In this document: in pieces, positions 12,586-26,813 of the stretch
Numbering within the stretch: position 1 is the first letter of the stretch
Layout: each line of letters starts with the position of its first letter
Assembly (NCBI GenBank): GCA_964016885.1
Contig: OZ024750.1
Location: 27,218,001-27,282,000 of the forward strand
From: Eledone cirrhosa
Taxonomy: Eukaryota
Direction: 5' to 3'
Length of the DNA: 64,000 bases
Translations under genes and position numbers: made by a program
The notes under the pieces: model-generated
Databases searched by the model: none
What the model saw: the letters and a program-made list of their open reading frames with translations, nothing else
Told to the model about the DNA's origin: nothing

Positions 12586-12618
12586 ACGACGTTTCGGGCA
12601 TAAGCCCTTCTTCAGGTG
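12586..12618 (-). ncRNA. Minimal Penelope-type hammerhead within a PLE 3'-end remnant (~12500-13145)
   Basis: rc: cac-CTGAAGA-A-GGGC-ttat-GCCC-GAAA-C-GTC|gt, with AATAAA downstream on the same strand; stem I only 2 bp. Confidence 0.6.
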
Positions 12619-13164
12619 AAAAGTGTGTGGGAAGAGAGTTCAAAGTGTGTGTAGGGGAGTGGTGGAGAGACATATAGCGAAAAGAGGGTGGGAGGAAACG
12701 GTGCGAATGAAATTTAAAATAAAAGCATAATCAAAATAAAATTAAAATGAGGTAAAACAGGTGGTGGAAGGGTGTGGGGTGTGTAGGGGTGGTGGCGGGT
12801 GGAGTGGGGAGAGGGGGACGGGGTGTCCGAGCGGGGAGGGCTGAAGGTGGTGTGTGTGTGTAGGTGTACGTGTGTGTGTAGGTGTACGTGTGTGTGTGTG
12901 TGTGTGTATATGAAAGCAAGGGTTGGGGGAAGAACGTGGTTGCATGTTCAGGAAGAGGTGTGTGTGGGGTGGGGTGTAGGTCGGAGTGTGTGTGTGTGTG
13001 GATAGAGGGGTGGGGGGAGAGGAATCCGGAGGCTGAAGGTGTAAATATGTGGTGGAAAGCACGTGTGTGTGGAGTTTAAGGGGTGTAGGTGGCGTGTGGG
13101 AAAAAAATGTTTTGGGTGTGTGTGTGTGGGTGAGTTATAAAGGTGATTATATATATATATATAT

Positions 13165-13348
13165 ATATAAAAGACGTAAGATAAGAAAATAATTTAAAAA
13201 AAAATTTTTTACTTACTTACTTAAAGGAGTGAAAATTTAAGTAAATAAGTAAAAAATTTAAGTAAGTAAGTAAAAAATTTAAGTAAGTAAGTAAAAAATT
13301 TTTTTAAAAATTTTTTAAAAATTATTTTCTTATCTTACGTCTTTTATA
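13165..13348. repeat. AT-rich hairpin with internal 20-bp tandem (aaaaatttaagtaagtaagt)
   Basis: Arms ataaaagacgtaagataagaaaataat / attattttcttatcttacgtcttttat. Confidence 0.7.
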
Positions 13349-13460
13349 TTATTGTTCTGCACCCTCCTGCATTGAACCACCTAGGTACTACGACATAACC
13401 TGTGTATTTGCTGGCATGGACGTGCATCTGTGCGCCTATGTTAGTTGATATATTAAATTA

Positions 13461-13503
<43 letters not shown>

Positions 13504-13639
13504 GTTATATAGTAAGGTGCAATATTGGTTGTGTAAAATGGTCCAATAACTTTATGTTAGCAATATTAAGTTCCCCACGCTCTTGTATATCTCCAATTCC
13601 ATTCGAGGGAACAGCTAGATGATGTAAAACGGAGTATAA

Positions 13640-15186
13640 GTATCAAAATGAAAATCCGAAGGCAGGGTAAAATTCCAATCATTTAATCACGACACATGTT
13701 TCAATAAGAGATAGATCGATTGTGAAGCTATGATCGATAATCACTGATGTCATCAGGTGAAAATGAATTGTCTTCAAATTCTTGATATGAGGGAGAAAAA
13801 ATAACGATGTTCTCTCACATAATTCATTCCCTCATATGGAGACACACCAGTCAGTCAGAGACAAGGCGACTGCTATTAGCTTTAGTTGAGGTCATAAAAG
13901 TTTTCAGACTTCTATCGCTGCAAAAGACGCTGGACATCAAACAAATCCGTAGGGATACATTCAGTCACAGTTAGAAGTGAGTGGGTACACAAACGCCCCA
14001 CACCCGCAAACATCGGCTCGAGGTCAAAGAAAAATAAAAATAAATACATTTATACACACACATCAACACAGTATTAAACCCGCAGAATTAGCGTGGGTGG
14101 GTACACACACACTTTAACACACACCGAAGCGATATCCGAGAAAAGGCACATATAAGAATGTACCAACACAGCAATCACCGAAAGGTTCTATCAGGAGTGG
14201 AGACCTTACAGTCGTAGACTATGTTTTTGGTAAGGCATTTCCCAGCCAAGGGGCATGTGGCGGTGCTTCTGCAGTTGCATTTTTTGCTATCGATCTGTGT
14301 GGTTCCGGATGGACCACGGTACCTTTGGGGTCGGGTCTCAGTTCCAGTCTGCTCTATGGGTAAATTCCCTGGGGTAGGGGCGACCCGACTCGGCTCACGT
14401 GTATGAGTCAGTTCCTCAATAGAGCTGCCATTGTTCCTGCCATGCCTAATTCCCTCATTGGCTGTCCTAAGTCTACTATAATTCATCTAAGCTATATTCT
14501 GAGCTATGTTACTAGTTGTGGAGTAGGACAGCTTTATAGTATTTCTTTTGAATATTTTATAATATCTGTGATATCCAGGGAAGCATTTGTCTAAGGCCCT
14601 AAAGAAAAGCTTAGTTATACTAGTGGTCATGCCAGTGGAGTAAGGGGGATTATACCACAGGACTTTTCTGGTCCGATGCTTCTTGTCCCTACTAACTATA
14701 TTAGAATTACCTGTCTCCCTAGTAGTTACTAGTCTATTGTAACTGGAAATTACCTGTGGGTCGGTGGTGTCCTGGGGTGTCACGATTGTGTTCGGAATCG
14801 TCCCAAGTCTCCAGAGCGGTGTACCCTCCGTGCGGCTATTGGGGTTACCTTCGATAGTTAGGGTTGTATCAGCTATGCGTCTGATACACCTGTCCCAAAT
14901 CCCCCTACTCGACCCTCTTTCCATACTGCGTTCAACGGTAGTTCTATCGGTTCCACAATTAAGGGTACTATTAGAGTGTCCGCTGGCGTTACGTTGCTCA
15001 GACCCAGTCTTAGTACCTGAATTATTTTTTCTCCCTCATATCAGGAATTTGAAGACAATTCATTTTCACCTGATGAGATCAGTGATAATCGATCATGGCT
15101 TCACAATCGATCTATCTCTTATTGAAACATGTGTCGTGATTAAATGATTGGAATTTTACCTTGCCTTCGGATTTTCATTTTGATAT
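13640..15186 (-). mobile_element. Penelope-like element fragment with ~165-bp inverted terminal repeats
   Basis: ORFs 14487..14924 (VLWYNPPYS...YYKIF..NTIKLSYS) and 14175..14486 (CNCR....CPL.GKCL..NIVY); IRs at 13640-13804 and 15021-15186. Confidence 0.8.
15066..15139 (+). ncRNA. Type-I hammerhead in the PLE inverted repeat (mirror copy on - strand 13687-13760)
   Basis: tcac-CTGATGA-long imperfect stem II-GAAA-catgt-GTC|gtga. Confidence 0.7.
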
Positions 15187-15382
15187 ATATATATATATAT
15201 ATATATCTTTTCCTATATATATTTTCGTTGCTCTAGTGATACAGCTAGAGTGCCGACAGCTATATCTGATTTGCTAAGCTGTCTGAACGTAATGTTATTA
15301 CTCTGGGGTCTTTCCTCAACAGAGTGCTCAAGCTACAGACCGATTATGCATATACGTTAGCTTGGCCATATTCTAAAGCTTC

Positions 15383-15442
<60 letters not shown>

Positions 15443-15606
15443 CAAGGAAATATGTTTTGAAACAGTGAGCTGGTTTGAAATTAGAAAATAGAATAGCTTT
15501 CACCGTACTTTTCAACTAAAGAAATTTTAGTCAGATGATGGGGTTTAGAACCCTCAGATAAATGGAAAAAGATGAGTATTGACGTACATATATATATTTA
15601 TTTATT

Positions 15607-15678
<72 letters not shown>

Positions 15679-15817
15679 ATAGATAGATATATATATATAA
15701 TAAATACATTAAATAAATATATATATATATATAAATTTATATATATATATAAGTATGTATACATATATGCATATATGTATACAATCGTACAGTAGTATGT
15801 ATATAGATACATACATG

Positions 15818-16760
<943 letters not shown>

Positions 16761-16799
16761 TTTCCATTCAATGTATATATATATATATATATATATATT

Positions 16800-17275
16800 T
16801 CGTTTCTGAATTTGTTTAGTAAGATTCTTTATCTGAAAACGTGTGTTGAAACCGATATTGTTATGCTTTGGGAGGGTTATGTTGCAAATAAGAAATACAC
16901 GCACCAGTTGCGTTCACTTCAATTTATTATAAATTAGATTTATAAATTAAAGAATTTATAAATTTCCGGTTGGTTGGTGGGTTCCACAACCAGACGATTG
17001 TTCATATATTGTCAAAGTTCTTTCGTCACACATTCTGTGATCTCTTCAGTGACTGGGGATTCTTTTCTTTGTTTGTGTTCCTCTCCTTTGTTCTGTCCTA
17101 CACCATCTTGTTTTTGTTTGTGTTGTGTGCTTAGTTTGTGCATGTGTTATATGAACAATCGTCTGTTTGTGGAACTAACCAACCAACCAGAAATTTATAA
17201 AATTAATTTATAATAAATTGAAGTGAAAGCAACTGGTGCGTGTGTTTCTTATTGGCAACGTGACCCTCCCGAAGC

Positions 17276-17280
<5 letters not shown>
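16800..17280 (-). mobile_element. Non-autonomous PLE-like element with inverted arms and a hammerhead (17011-17053); family also at ~8385-8535, 38110-38450, 50045-50240
   Basis: rc gtca-CTGAAGA-gatcacagaatgtgtgac-GAAA-gaaCTT|tgac; arms of ~130 bp are inverted. Confidence 0.65.
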
Positions 17281-17322
<42 letters not shown>

Positions 17323-17474
17323 ATGTATGTATGTATGTAAATGTAATCTGAGTTTTTCGAATATTAATAATAACACTTGATTCGCTTGCTATTATGCAAA
17401 CAAGCCTCAATTTTATAGCCATGTCAGCAGAATGAACACTTCATTCCTGCTCCTGTGTTGATATACGAAGAGAA

Positions 17475-17518
17475 CTGCAGACACTAATGTTTCTGGGTAT
17501 CACCCTTCATCAGTACAG
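17475..17518 (-). ncRNA. Type-I hammerhead motif
   Basis: rc ctgta-CTGATGA-agggt-gat-accca-GAAA-cattagt-GTC|tgcag; stems I and III pair; A-A at the base of stem II. Confidence 0.6.
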
Positions 17519-17979
17519 CCCACTGTTTTCCTGCAAAATGTCAGAGCCAATGAAAATATATACTATTTTCAAATATACACAGTGACACATCAGCCTGATT
17601 TGCATATCAGCAGACTGGCTGATCAGTCAGATCTGCATATTAGCCAAATTTGCATATCAGCAGACTGGCCAGTCAGTTTCCTGTATACGAGCGATAAATG
17701 GGCGGCTTTGCCAAATTTAAATAAGAGAGACAATTTATATATACAAATATATACACAACAAAGCCTGCAGCTCCATTCTACTTCGCTGTCTCCTCTCCCT
17801 CTCTCTATGTCCCTCTTTCAATCTACTCTCTTACCACCACTATCTCTTTCTCTCTATATTTCACTCTCTCGTGTGTCTGTGGGTGTGTGCTGGGTGCAAG
17901 TGTGTGCGTGCAGGTGTGTATGTGCATGTGTGTGTGTGTAAATATGTTTTTTAATATTGAAATCTTATATATATTTCAG

Positions 17980-18114
17980 AATGCCGTATAGGAAAGTTTG
18001 GTGTTAATTGTAAAGAGACATGCCATTGTATCAACAACACAAACTGTGACCAGCGAAATGGAAGTTGTGCAGATGGATGTTCTGCAGGTTATGTTGGTGA
18101 CAATTGCCAAGAAG
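17980..18114 (+). CDS. Gene 1 EGF exon (CRIGKFGVNCKETCHCINNTNCDQRNGSCADGCSAGYVGDNCQE)
   Basis: tttcag acceptor, GT donor, 135 nt, phase 1, 8 Cys. Confidence 0.9.
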
Positions 18115-18311
18115 GTATATCATAAACTTGTTACATAATTACTATAATTACTATATACAAACACACATATATATATGTATGTGTGTGTATGTGTGTGTTT
18201 ATGTGTGGGTGTTTATGTGTGTGGGTATGTGGTGGGTGCAGGTGTGTGCGTGCATGTGTTTGTGTGTGTGTAAATATGATGTTTAATATAGAAATCTTAT
18301 ATATATTTCAG

Positions 18312-18446
18312 ATTGCCCAGTAGGATGGTTTGGTGTTAATTGTAACGAGACATGCCATTGCAACGACAACATTAACTGTGACATCTTTAATGGAAGATGT
18401 TCAGATGGATGTACTGCAGGTTATATTGGTGACAATTGCCAAGAAG
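18312..18446 (+). CDS. Gene 1 EGF exon (CPVGWFGVNCNETCHCNDNINCDIFNGRCSDGCTAGYIGDNCQE)
   Basis: tttcag/GT, 135 nt, phase 1, 8 Cys. Confidence 0.9.
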
Positions 18447-18475
18447 GTATATCATAAACTTGTTACGTACTTACT

Positions 18476-18545
<70 letters not shown>

Positions 18546-18573
18546 ACACACACACACTAACACACACACACAC

Positions 18574-18644
<71 letters not shown>

Positions 18645-19111
18645 TATGTATATGTATGCTTGAGATTGTGTGTGTGTGCGTGTGCTTCCGTGTGTGTGTG
18701 GAAATATGATGTTTAATATAGAAATCGCTTCTACAGGACTAGAATAGTTTCATCCAAAGAAATCAACAGGAAACGGCTTTCCTGATTATTACTTTTGAAT
18801 GAAATAGTTCTAACAGTTCTAAATGTAAATATATATATAATTATAACTGAATATAAAAGACAAACGAACACAGACATTATACATATATGTGTTCAAATCG
18901 CAATGGAGTTTCTAACACAATATATACCTTTGATATATTTGGCTCCGTTAATTTGTTTAGCTAATTCAAATGTCGAGTAAACCTGGCTGTTATTTTTAGT
19001 GGTGTTATTTTGTGATACACGCAAAGTTCGGATACCATGTGCGTTATTATATATACGCACACTATTCATTTTTTTAATATGCTTAGAAGTGACCAGAATA
19101 CTAATATTTCT

Positions 19112-19191
19112 TCACCCGTTGATGAGCAAGAATTGGTATTCCTCTTCACAATTAATATCGCGAAACATCATTATCAAAGCTGTCCGGGTGA
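19112..19191 (+). ncRNA. Array hammerhead, unit 1 (core C3>U)
   Basis: tcacccg-TTGATGA-gc..gc-GAAA-ca..t-GTC|cgggtga; perfect 7-bp stem I but a mutated core. Confidence 0.65.
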
Positions 19192-19355
19192 TTGGAAGTT
19201 ACCACAATTCCGGTTCGTATTTATTTTCTTGATTTATTCTTAAATTGAGTCTGGCAAACTCTATTGTCTACAGTTAGTATTCTTTTCACCTTAGTGAATC
19301 TGGTCCCTTGCGATTTGAACACATATATGTATATGTCTGTGTTCGTTTTTGTTTT

Positions 19356-20405
19356 GTAGAATGGTGTTCCACGAGAACTTGAAATCTATTTTTTTCTTTT
19401 TATAATTATTTAGCGCTTCAGCTAAAGATGTTGTGTTAGCTAGTTTAGTATTGTCGAAACTACTAGAGTGTGCGTTAAATCTTTTCTTAAATGTGTTTGA
19501 TGTAGATCCTATGTATGTTTTGTTGACACAGTGCATTTATATATTACATTATTAATCAAACAGCTTCCATTTAAGGGGCAAATGCTTCTATTTCTGCAAT
19601 TACAGTCATACGTAACATGGTTGTTGGGGGTGCTTATACTTTTCTCATTAATCCTTGAACTATTCCTATTGTAATTATTGATAGCAGGAGAATGAAGGTT
19701 GCTTTGTGGGTGGTTTGGTGCTAGGGTTGTATTGTGATTTTGTGTTCTGTTACATTTGTGTGGGATATTTGGGTGGTTGTGTTTTCTAGGTTGAAGGATT
19801 GTATTATTTGCCTTTTTAAAAGGTGCAGTCCTATTTAAATTATGTTGTGGTGGTGTAGTCATATTATTTTTAAGTTTATAAATGTTGTAGTTGATTATAT
19901 TTTGCTGGAGATTGTTTGATGTAGAGTATGAGAATTTAACAGTATATTTGTTAAATATTTGGTGGTATCTGTGGTTTGGTGGAAAATGTTTATGTAGAAT
20001 TTCAAAGAATTTTTGGGGGATTTGTCCAATAGTTTGCAGGTTGAAGGGTGCGTTGTACCATATTATGTTTCTTTTACGGTTTTTAGTTAAGTTCTTATAC
20101 CACTTATATTATTGTGTTGTGTTCTCGAATAATTCCTATGTTTAGTATCCTTATTTGTGGAATTTGCTGAATTATCGTGGTTACATTTGGTGTTATTATT
20201 GGATAGAATATGAGATTTTGAGTGCTTGGAATTCATATGTGGGTTGATAACGTTGGTCATAGATTGTGTAGTAATAGTTGTTGTGGTTTTTCGGTTGTTT
20301 GGTGTAATGGGAATAACCACTTTAGGTATTTGTTTCAATGGTATTTTTTGGAGTTTGTAGTTTTTTGGTAGGTTTTATATTTTGGTCCATAGTAGTGTTA
20401 GGGAT
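19356..20405 (-). mobile_element. Penelope-like linker/GIY-YIG fragment at array junctions (copies 21923-22972, 24487-25536, 27057-28106, 29621-30670, 32180-33229)
   Basis: CNCRNRSICPLNGSCLINNVIYKC plus frameshifted KTYIGSTSNTFKKRFNAHSSSF; upstream IIWYNAPF..HFPPNHRYHQIFNKYTVKFSYS. Confidence 0.85.
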
Positions 20406-20676
20406 ATAAGAGAAAATTTATATATACAAATATGTACACAACAAAGCCTGCAGCTCCATTATCCGTCGCTGTCACTTCTCCCTCTCTCATTGTCCCTCTC
20501 TCTATGTCCCTCTTTCAATCTACTCTCTTACAACCACTATCTCTTTCTCTCTATCTTTCACTCTCTCTCGTGTCTGTGGGTGTGTGCTGGGTGCAAGTGT
20601 GTGCTTGCAGGTGTGTATGTGCATGTGTGTGTGTGTAAATATGATGTTTAATATAGAAATCTTATATATATTTCAG

Positions 20677-20811
20677 AATGCCGAATAGGAAGGTTTGGTG
20701 TTAATTGTAAAGGGACATGCCTTTGTATCAACAACAAAAACTGTGACCATCGAAATGGAAGTTGTTCAGATGGATGTATTGCAGGTCATACTGGTGACAA
20801 TTGCCAAGAAG
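20677..20811 (+). CDS. Gene 1 EGF exon type A (CRIGRFGVNCKGTCLCINNKNCDHRNGSCSDGCIAGHTGDNCQE)
   Basis: tttcag/GT, 135 nt, phase 1. Confidence 0.9.
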
Positions 20812-20993
20812 GTATATCATAAACTTGTTACATAATTACTATAATTACTATATACACACACACACACACACAGATATATGTATGTGAATGTGCGTTTGTG
20901 TGAGGGGTGTATGTGGGGGTGGCAGGTGTGTGCGTGCATGTGTTTGTGTGTGTAAATATGATGTTTAATATAGAAATCTTATATATATTTCAG

Positions 20994-21128
20994 AATGCCA
21001 AGCAGGAGAGTTTGGTGTTAATTGTAGAGAGACATGCCATTGTATCAACAAGAAAAACTGTGACACTCGAAATGGAAGTTGTTCAGATGGATGTACTGCA
21101 GGTCATATTGGTGACAATTGCCAAGAAA
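20994..21128 (+). CDS. Gene 1 EGF exon type B (CQAGEFGVNCRETCHCINKKNCDTRNGSCSDGCTAGHIGDNCQE)
   Basis: tttcag/GT, 135 nt, phase 1. Confidence 0.88.
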
Positions 21129-21155
21129 GTATATGATATACGTGTTAAGTATTTA

Positions 21156-21193
<38 letters not shown>

Positions 21194-21355
21194 ATGTATA
21201 TGTATGCTTGAGATTGTGTGTGTGTGCATGTGCTTCCGTGTGTTTGTGGAAATATGATGTTTAATATAGAAATCGCTTCTACGGGACTAGAATAGTTTCA
21301 TTCAAAGAAATCAACAGGAAACGACTTTTGAATGAAATAGTTCCAATAGTTTTAA

Positions 21356-21410
<55 letters not shown>

Positions 21411-21678
21411 TAACTGAATATAAAAGAAAAACGAACACAGACATTATACATATATGTGTACAGATCGCAATGGAGTTTCTAACTATATATATACCTTTGA
21501 TATACTCGGCTCCGTTATTTTGTTTAGCTAATTCAAATGTCGAATAAACCCTGCTGCTATTTTTAGTGGTGTAAGTTTGCGATACACGCAAAGTTCGGAT
21601 ACCATGGGCGTTTATTATATATACGCACACTATTCCGTTTTTAAAAAAAGTAGAAGTGACTCGGATACTAATAATTCT

Positions 21679-21758
21679 TCACCCGCTGATGAGCAAGAAT
21701 TGGTATTGCTCTTCACAATTAATATTGCGAAACATCATTATCAAAGCTGTCCGCGTGA
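21679..21758 (+). ncRNA. Type-I hammerhead ribozyme, array unit 2
   Basis: tcacccg-CTGATGA-GCAA..TTGC-GAAA-CA..T-GTC|cgcgtga; all core nucleotides present; predicted cut after 21751. Confidence 0.8.
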
Positions 21759-23243
21759 TTGGAAGTTACCACAATTCCGGTTCGTATTTACCTTCTTGAT
21801 TTATTCTTAAATTGAGTCTGGCATACTCTATTGTCTATAGTTAGTATTCTTTTCACCTTAGAGAATCTGGTCCCTTGCGATTTGAACACATATATGTATA
21901 TGTCTGTGTTCGTTTTTGTTTTGTAGAATGGTGTTCCACGAGAACTTGAAATCTATTTTTTTCTTTTTATAATTATTTAGCGCTTCAGCTAAAGATGTTG
22001 TGTTAGCTAGATTAGTATTGTCGAAACTACTAGAGTGTGCGTTAAATCTTTTCTTAAATGTGTTTGATGTAGATCCTATGTATGTTTTGTTGACACAGTG
22101 CATTTATATATTACATTATTAATCAAACAGCTTCCATTTAAGGGGCAAATGCTTCTATTTCTGCAATTACAGTCATACGTAACATGGTTGTTGGGGGTGC
22201 TTATACTTTTCTCATTAATCCTTGAACTATTCCTATTGTAATTATTGATAGCAGGAGAATGAAGGTTGCTTTGTGGGTGGTTTGGTGCTAGGGTTGTATT
22301 GTGATTTTGTGTTCTGTTACATTTGTGTGGGATATTTGGGTGGTTGTGTTTTCTAGGTTGAAGGATTGTATTATTTGCCTTTTTAAAAGGTGCAGTCCTA
22401 TTTAAATTATGTTGTGGTGGTGTAGTCATATTATTTTTAAGTTTATAAATGTTGTAGTTGATTATATTTTGCTGGAGATTGTTTGATGTAGAGTATGAGA
22501 ATTTAACAGTATATTTGTTAAATATTTGGTGGTATCTGTGGTTTGGTGGAAAATGTTTATGTAGAATTTCAAAGAATTTTTGGGGGATTTGTCCAATAGT
22601 TTGCAGGTTGAAGGGTGCGTTGTACCATATTATGTTTCTTTTGCGGTTTTTAGTTAAGTTCTTATACCACTTATATTATTGTGTTGTGTTCTCGAATAAT
22701 TCCTATGTTTAGTATCCTTATTTGTGGAATTTGCTGAATTATCGTGGTTACATTTGGTGTTATTATTGGATAGAATATGAGATTTTGAGTGCTTGGAATT
22801 CATATGTGGGTTGATAACGTTGGTCATAGATTGTGTAGTAATAGTTGTTGTGGTTTTTCGGTTGTTTGGTGTAATGGGAATAACCACTTTAGGTATTTGT
22901 TTCAATGGTATTTTTTGGAGTTTGTAGTTTTTTGGTAGGTTTTATATTTTGGTCCATAGTAGTGTTAGGGATATAAGAGAAAATTTATATATACAAATAT
23001 ATACACAACAAAGCCTGCAGCTCCATTATCCGTCGCTGTCACCTCTCCCTCTCTCATTGTCCCTCTCTCTATGTCCCTCTTTCAATCTACTCTCTTACAA
23101 CCACTATCTCTTTCTCTCTATCTTTCACTCTCTCTCGTGTCTGTGGGTGTGTGCTGGGTGCAAGTGTGTGCTTGCAGGTGTGTATGTGCATGTGTGTGTG
23201 TGTAAATATGATGTTTAATATAGAAATTTTATATATATTTCAG

Positions 23244-23378
23244 AATGCCGAATAGGAAGGTTTGGTGTTAATTGTAAAGGGACATGCCTTTGTATCAACA
23301 ACAAAAACTGTGACCATCGAAATGGAAGTTGTTCAGATGGATGTATTGCAGGTCATACTGGTGACAATTGCCAAGAAG
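23244..23378 (+). CDS. Gene 1 EGF exon type A
   Basis: As 20677. Confidence 0.9.
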
Positions 23379-23560
23379 GTATATCATAAACTTGTTACAT
23401 AATTACTATAATTACTATATACACACACACACACACACAGATATATGTATGTGCATGTGCGTTTGTGTGAGGGGTGTATGTGGGGGTGGCAGGTGTGTGC
23501 GTGCATGTGTTTGTGTGTGTAAATATGATGTTTAATATAGAAATCTTATATATATTTCAG

Positions 23561-23695
23561 AATGCCAAGCAGGAGAGTTTGGTGTTAATTGTAGAGAGAC
23601 ATGCCATTGTATCAACAAGAAAAACTGTGACACTCGAAATGGAAGTTGTTCAGATGGATGTACTGCAGGTCATATTGGTGACAATTGCCAAGAAA
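23561..23695 (+). CDS. Gene 1 EGF exon type B
   Basis: As 20994. Confidence 0.88.
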
Positions 23696-23722
23696 GTATA
23701 TGATATACGTGTTAAGTATTTA

Positions 23723-23758
<36 letters not shown>

Positions 23759-23920
23759 ATGTATATGTATGCTTGAGATTGTGTGTGTGTGCATGTGCTT
23801 CCGTGTGTTTGTGGAAATATGATGTTTAATATAGAAATCGCTTCTACGGGACTAGAATAGTTTCATTCAAAGAAATCAACAGGAAACGACTTTTGAATGA
23901 AATAGTTCCAATAGTTTTAA

Positions 23921-23975
<55 letters not shown>

Positions 23976-24243
23976 TAACTGAATATAAAAGAAAAACGAA
24001 CACAGACATTATACATATATGTGTACAGATCGCAATGGAGTTTCTAACTATATATATACCTTTGATATACTCGGCTCCGTTATTTTGTTTAGCTAATTCA
24101 AATGTCGAATAAACCCTGCTGCTATTTTTAGTGGTGTAAGTTTGCGATACACGCAAAGTTCGGATACCATGGGCGTTTATTATATATACGCACACTATTC
24201 CGTTTTTAAAAAAAGTAGAAGTGACTCGGATACTAATAATTCT

Positions 24244-24323
24244 TCACCCGCTGATGAGCAAGAATTGGTATTGCTCTTCACAATTAATATTGCGAAACAT
24301 CATTATCAAAGCTGTCCGCGTGA
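24244..24323 (+). ncRNA. Type-I hammerhead ribozyme, array unit 3
   Basis: Same motif; predicted cut after 24316. Confidence 0.8.
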
Positions 24324-25807
24324 TTGGAAGTTACCACAATTCCGGTTCGTATTTACCTTCTTGATTTATTCTTAAATTGAGTCTGGCTACTCTATTGTCT
24401 ATAGTTAGTATTCTTTTCACCTTAGCGAATCTGGTCCCTTGCGATTTGAACACATATATGTATATGTCTGTGTTCGTTTTTGTTTTGTAGAATGGTGTTC
24501 CACGAGAACTTGAAATCTATTTTTTTCTTTTTATAATTATTTAGCGCTTCAGCTAAAGATGTTGTGTTAGCTAGATTAGTATTGTCGAAACTACTAGAGT
24601 GTGCGTTAAATCTTTTCTTAAATGTGTTTGATGTAGATCCTATGTATGTTTTGTTGACACAGTGCATTTATATATTACATTATTAATCAAACAGCTTCCA
24701 TTTAAGGGGCAAATGCTTCTATTTCTGCAATTACAGTCATACGTAACATGGTTGTTGGGGGTGCTTATACTTTTCTCATTAATCCTTGAACTATTCCTAT
24801 TGTAATTATTGATAGCAGGAGAATGAAGGTTGCTTTGTGGGTGGTTTGGTGCTAGGGTTGTATTGTGATTTTGTGTTCTGTTACATTTGTGTGGGATATT
24901 TGGGTGGTTGTGTTTTCTAGGTTGAAGGATTGTATTATTTGCCTTTTTAAAAGGTGCAGTCCTATTTAAATTATGTTGTGGTGGTGTAGTCATATTATTT
25001 TTAAGTTTATAAATGTTGTAGTTGATTATATTTTGCTGGAGATTGTTTGATGTAGAGTATGAGAATTTAACAGTATATTTGTTAAATATTTGGTGGTATC
25101 TGTGGTTTGGTGGAAAATGTTTATGTAGAATTTCAAAGAATTTTTGGGGGATTTGTCCAATAGTTTGCAGGTTGAAGGGTGCGTTGTACCATATTATGTT
25201 TCTTTTGCGGTTTTTAGTTAAGTTCTTATACCACTTATATTATTGTGTTGTGTTCTCGAATAATTCCTATGTTTAGTATCCTTATTTGTGGAATTTGCTG
25301 AATTATCGTGGTTACATTTGGTGTTATTATTGGATAGAATATGAGATTTTGAGTGCTTGGAATTCATATGTGGGTTGATAACGTTGGTCATAGATTGTGT
25401 AGTAATAGTTGTTGTGGTTTTTCGGTTGTTTGGTGTAATGGGAATAACCACTTTAGGTATTTGTTTCAATGGTATTTTTTGGAGTTTGTAGTTTTTTGGT
25501 AGGTTTTATATTTTGGTCGATTGTAGTGTTAGGGATATAAGAGAAAATTTATATATACAAATATATACACAACAAAGCCTGCAGCTCCATTATCCGTCGC
25601 TGTCACCTCTCCCTCTCTCATTGTCCCTCTCTCTATGTCCCTCTTTCAATCTACTCTCTTACAACCACTATCTCTTTCTCTCTATCTTTCACTCTCTCTC
25701 GTGTCTGTGGGTGTGTGCTGGGTGCAAGTGTGTGCTTGCAGGTGTGTATGTGCATGTGTGTGTGTGTAAATATGATGTTTAATATAGAAATCTTATATAT
25801 ATTTCAG

Positions 25808-25942
25808 AATGCCGAATAGGAAGGTTTGGTGTTAATTGTAAAGGGACATGCCTTTGTATCAACAACAAAAACTGTGACCATCGAAATGGAAGTTGTTCAG
25901 ATGGATGTATTGCAGGTCATACTGGTGACAATTGCCAAGAAG
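25808..25942 (+). CDS. Gene 1 EGF exon type A
   Basis: As 20677. Confidence 0.9.
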
Positions 25943-26124
25943 GTATATCATAAACTTGTTACATAATTACTATAATTACTATATACACACACACACACAC
26001 ACAGATATATGTATGTGCATGTGCGTTTGTGTGAGGGGTGTATGTGGGGGTGGCAGGTGTGTGCGTGCATGTGTTTGTGTGTGTAAATATGATGTTTAAT
26101 ATAGAAATCTTATATATATTTCAG

Positions 26125-26259
26125 AATGCCAAGCAGGAGAGTTTGGTGTTAATTGTAGAGAGACATGCCATTGTATCAACAAGAAAAACTGTGACACTCG
26201 AAATGGAAGTTGTTCAGATGGATGTACTGCAGGTCATATTGGTGACAATTGCCAAGAAA
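26125..26259 (+). CDS. Gene 1 EGF exon type B
   Basis: As 20994. Confidence 0.88.
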
Positions 26260-26286
26260 GTATATGATATACGTGTTAAGTATTTA

Positions 26287-26330
<44 letters not shown>

Positions 26331-26492
26331 ATGTATATGTATGCTTGAGATTGTGTGTGTGTGCATGTGCTTCCGTGTGTTTGTGGAAATATGATGTTTA
26401 ATATAGAAATCGCTTCTACGGGACTAGAATAGTTTCATTCAAAGAAATCAACGGGAAACGACTTTTGAAAGAAATAGTTCCAATAGTTTTAA

Positions 26493-26545
<53 letters not shown>

Positions 26546-26813
26546 TAACTGAATATAAAAGAAAAACGAACACAGACATTATACATATATGTGTACAGAT
26601 CGCAATGGAGTTTCTAACTATATATATACCTTTGATATACTCGGCTCCGTTATTTTGTTTAGCTAATTCAAATGTCGAATAAACCCTGCTGCTATTTTTA
26701 GTGGTGTAAGTTTGCGATACACGCAAAGTTCGGATACCATGGGCGTTTATTATATATACGCACACTATTCCGTTTTTAAAAAAAGTAGAAGTGACTCGGA
26801 TACTAATAATTCT

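Noticed and set aside
17585-17675. Clustered ATTTGCAT octamer motifs as an enhancer
   Set aside because: They lie in a short tandem next to a hammerhead-bearing repeat, with no independent support.
20907-21257. Repeated ORFs such as MYVGVAGV..., MVLIV... and MIIFCWRL...
   Set aside because: Wrong-frame reads of EGF exons or antisense reads of the Penelope fragment.
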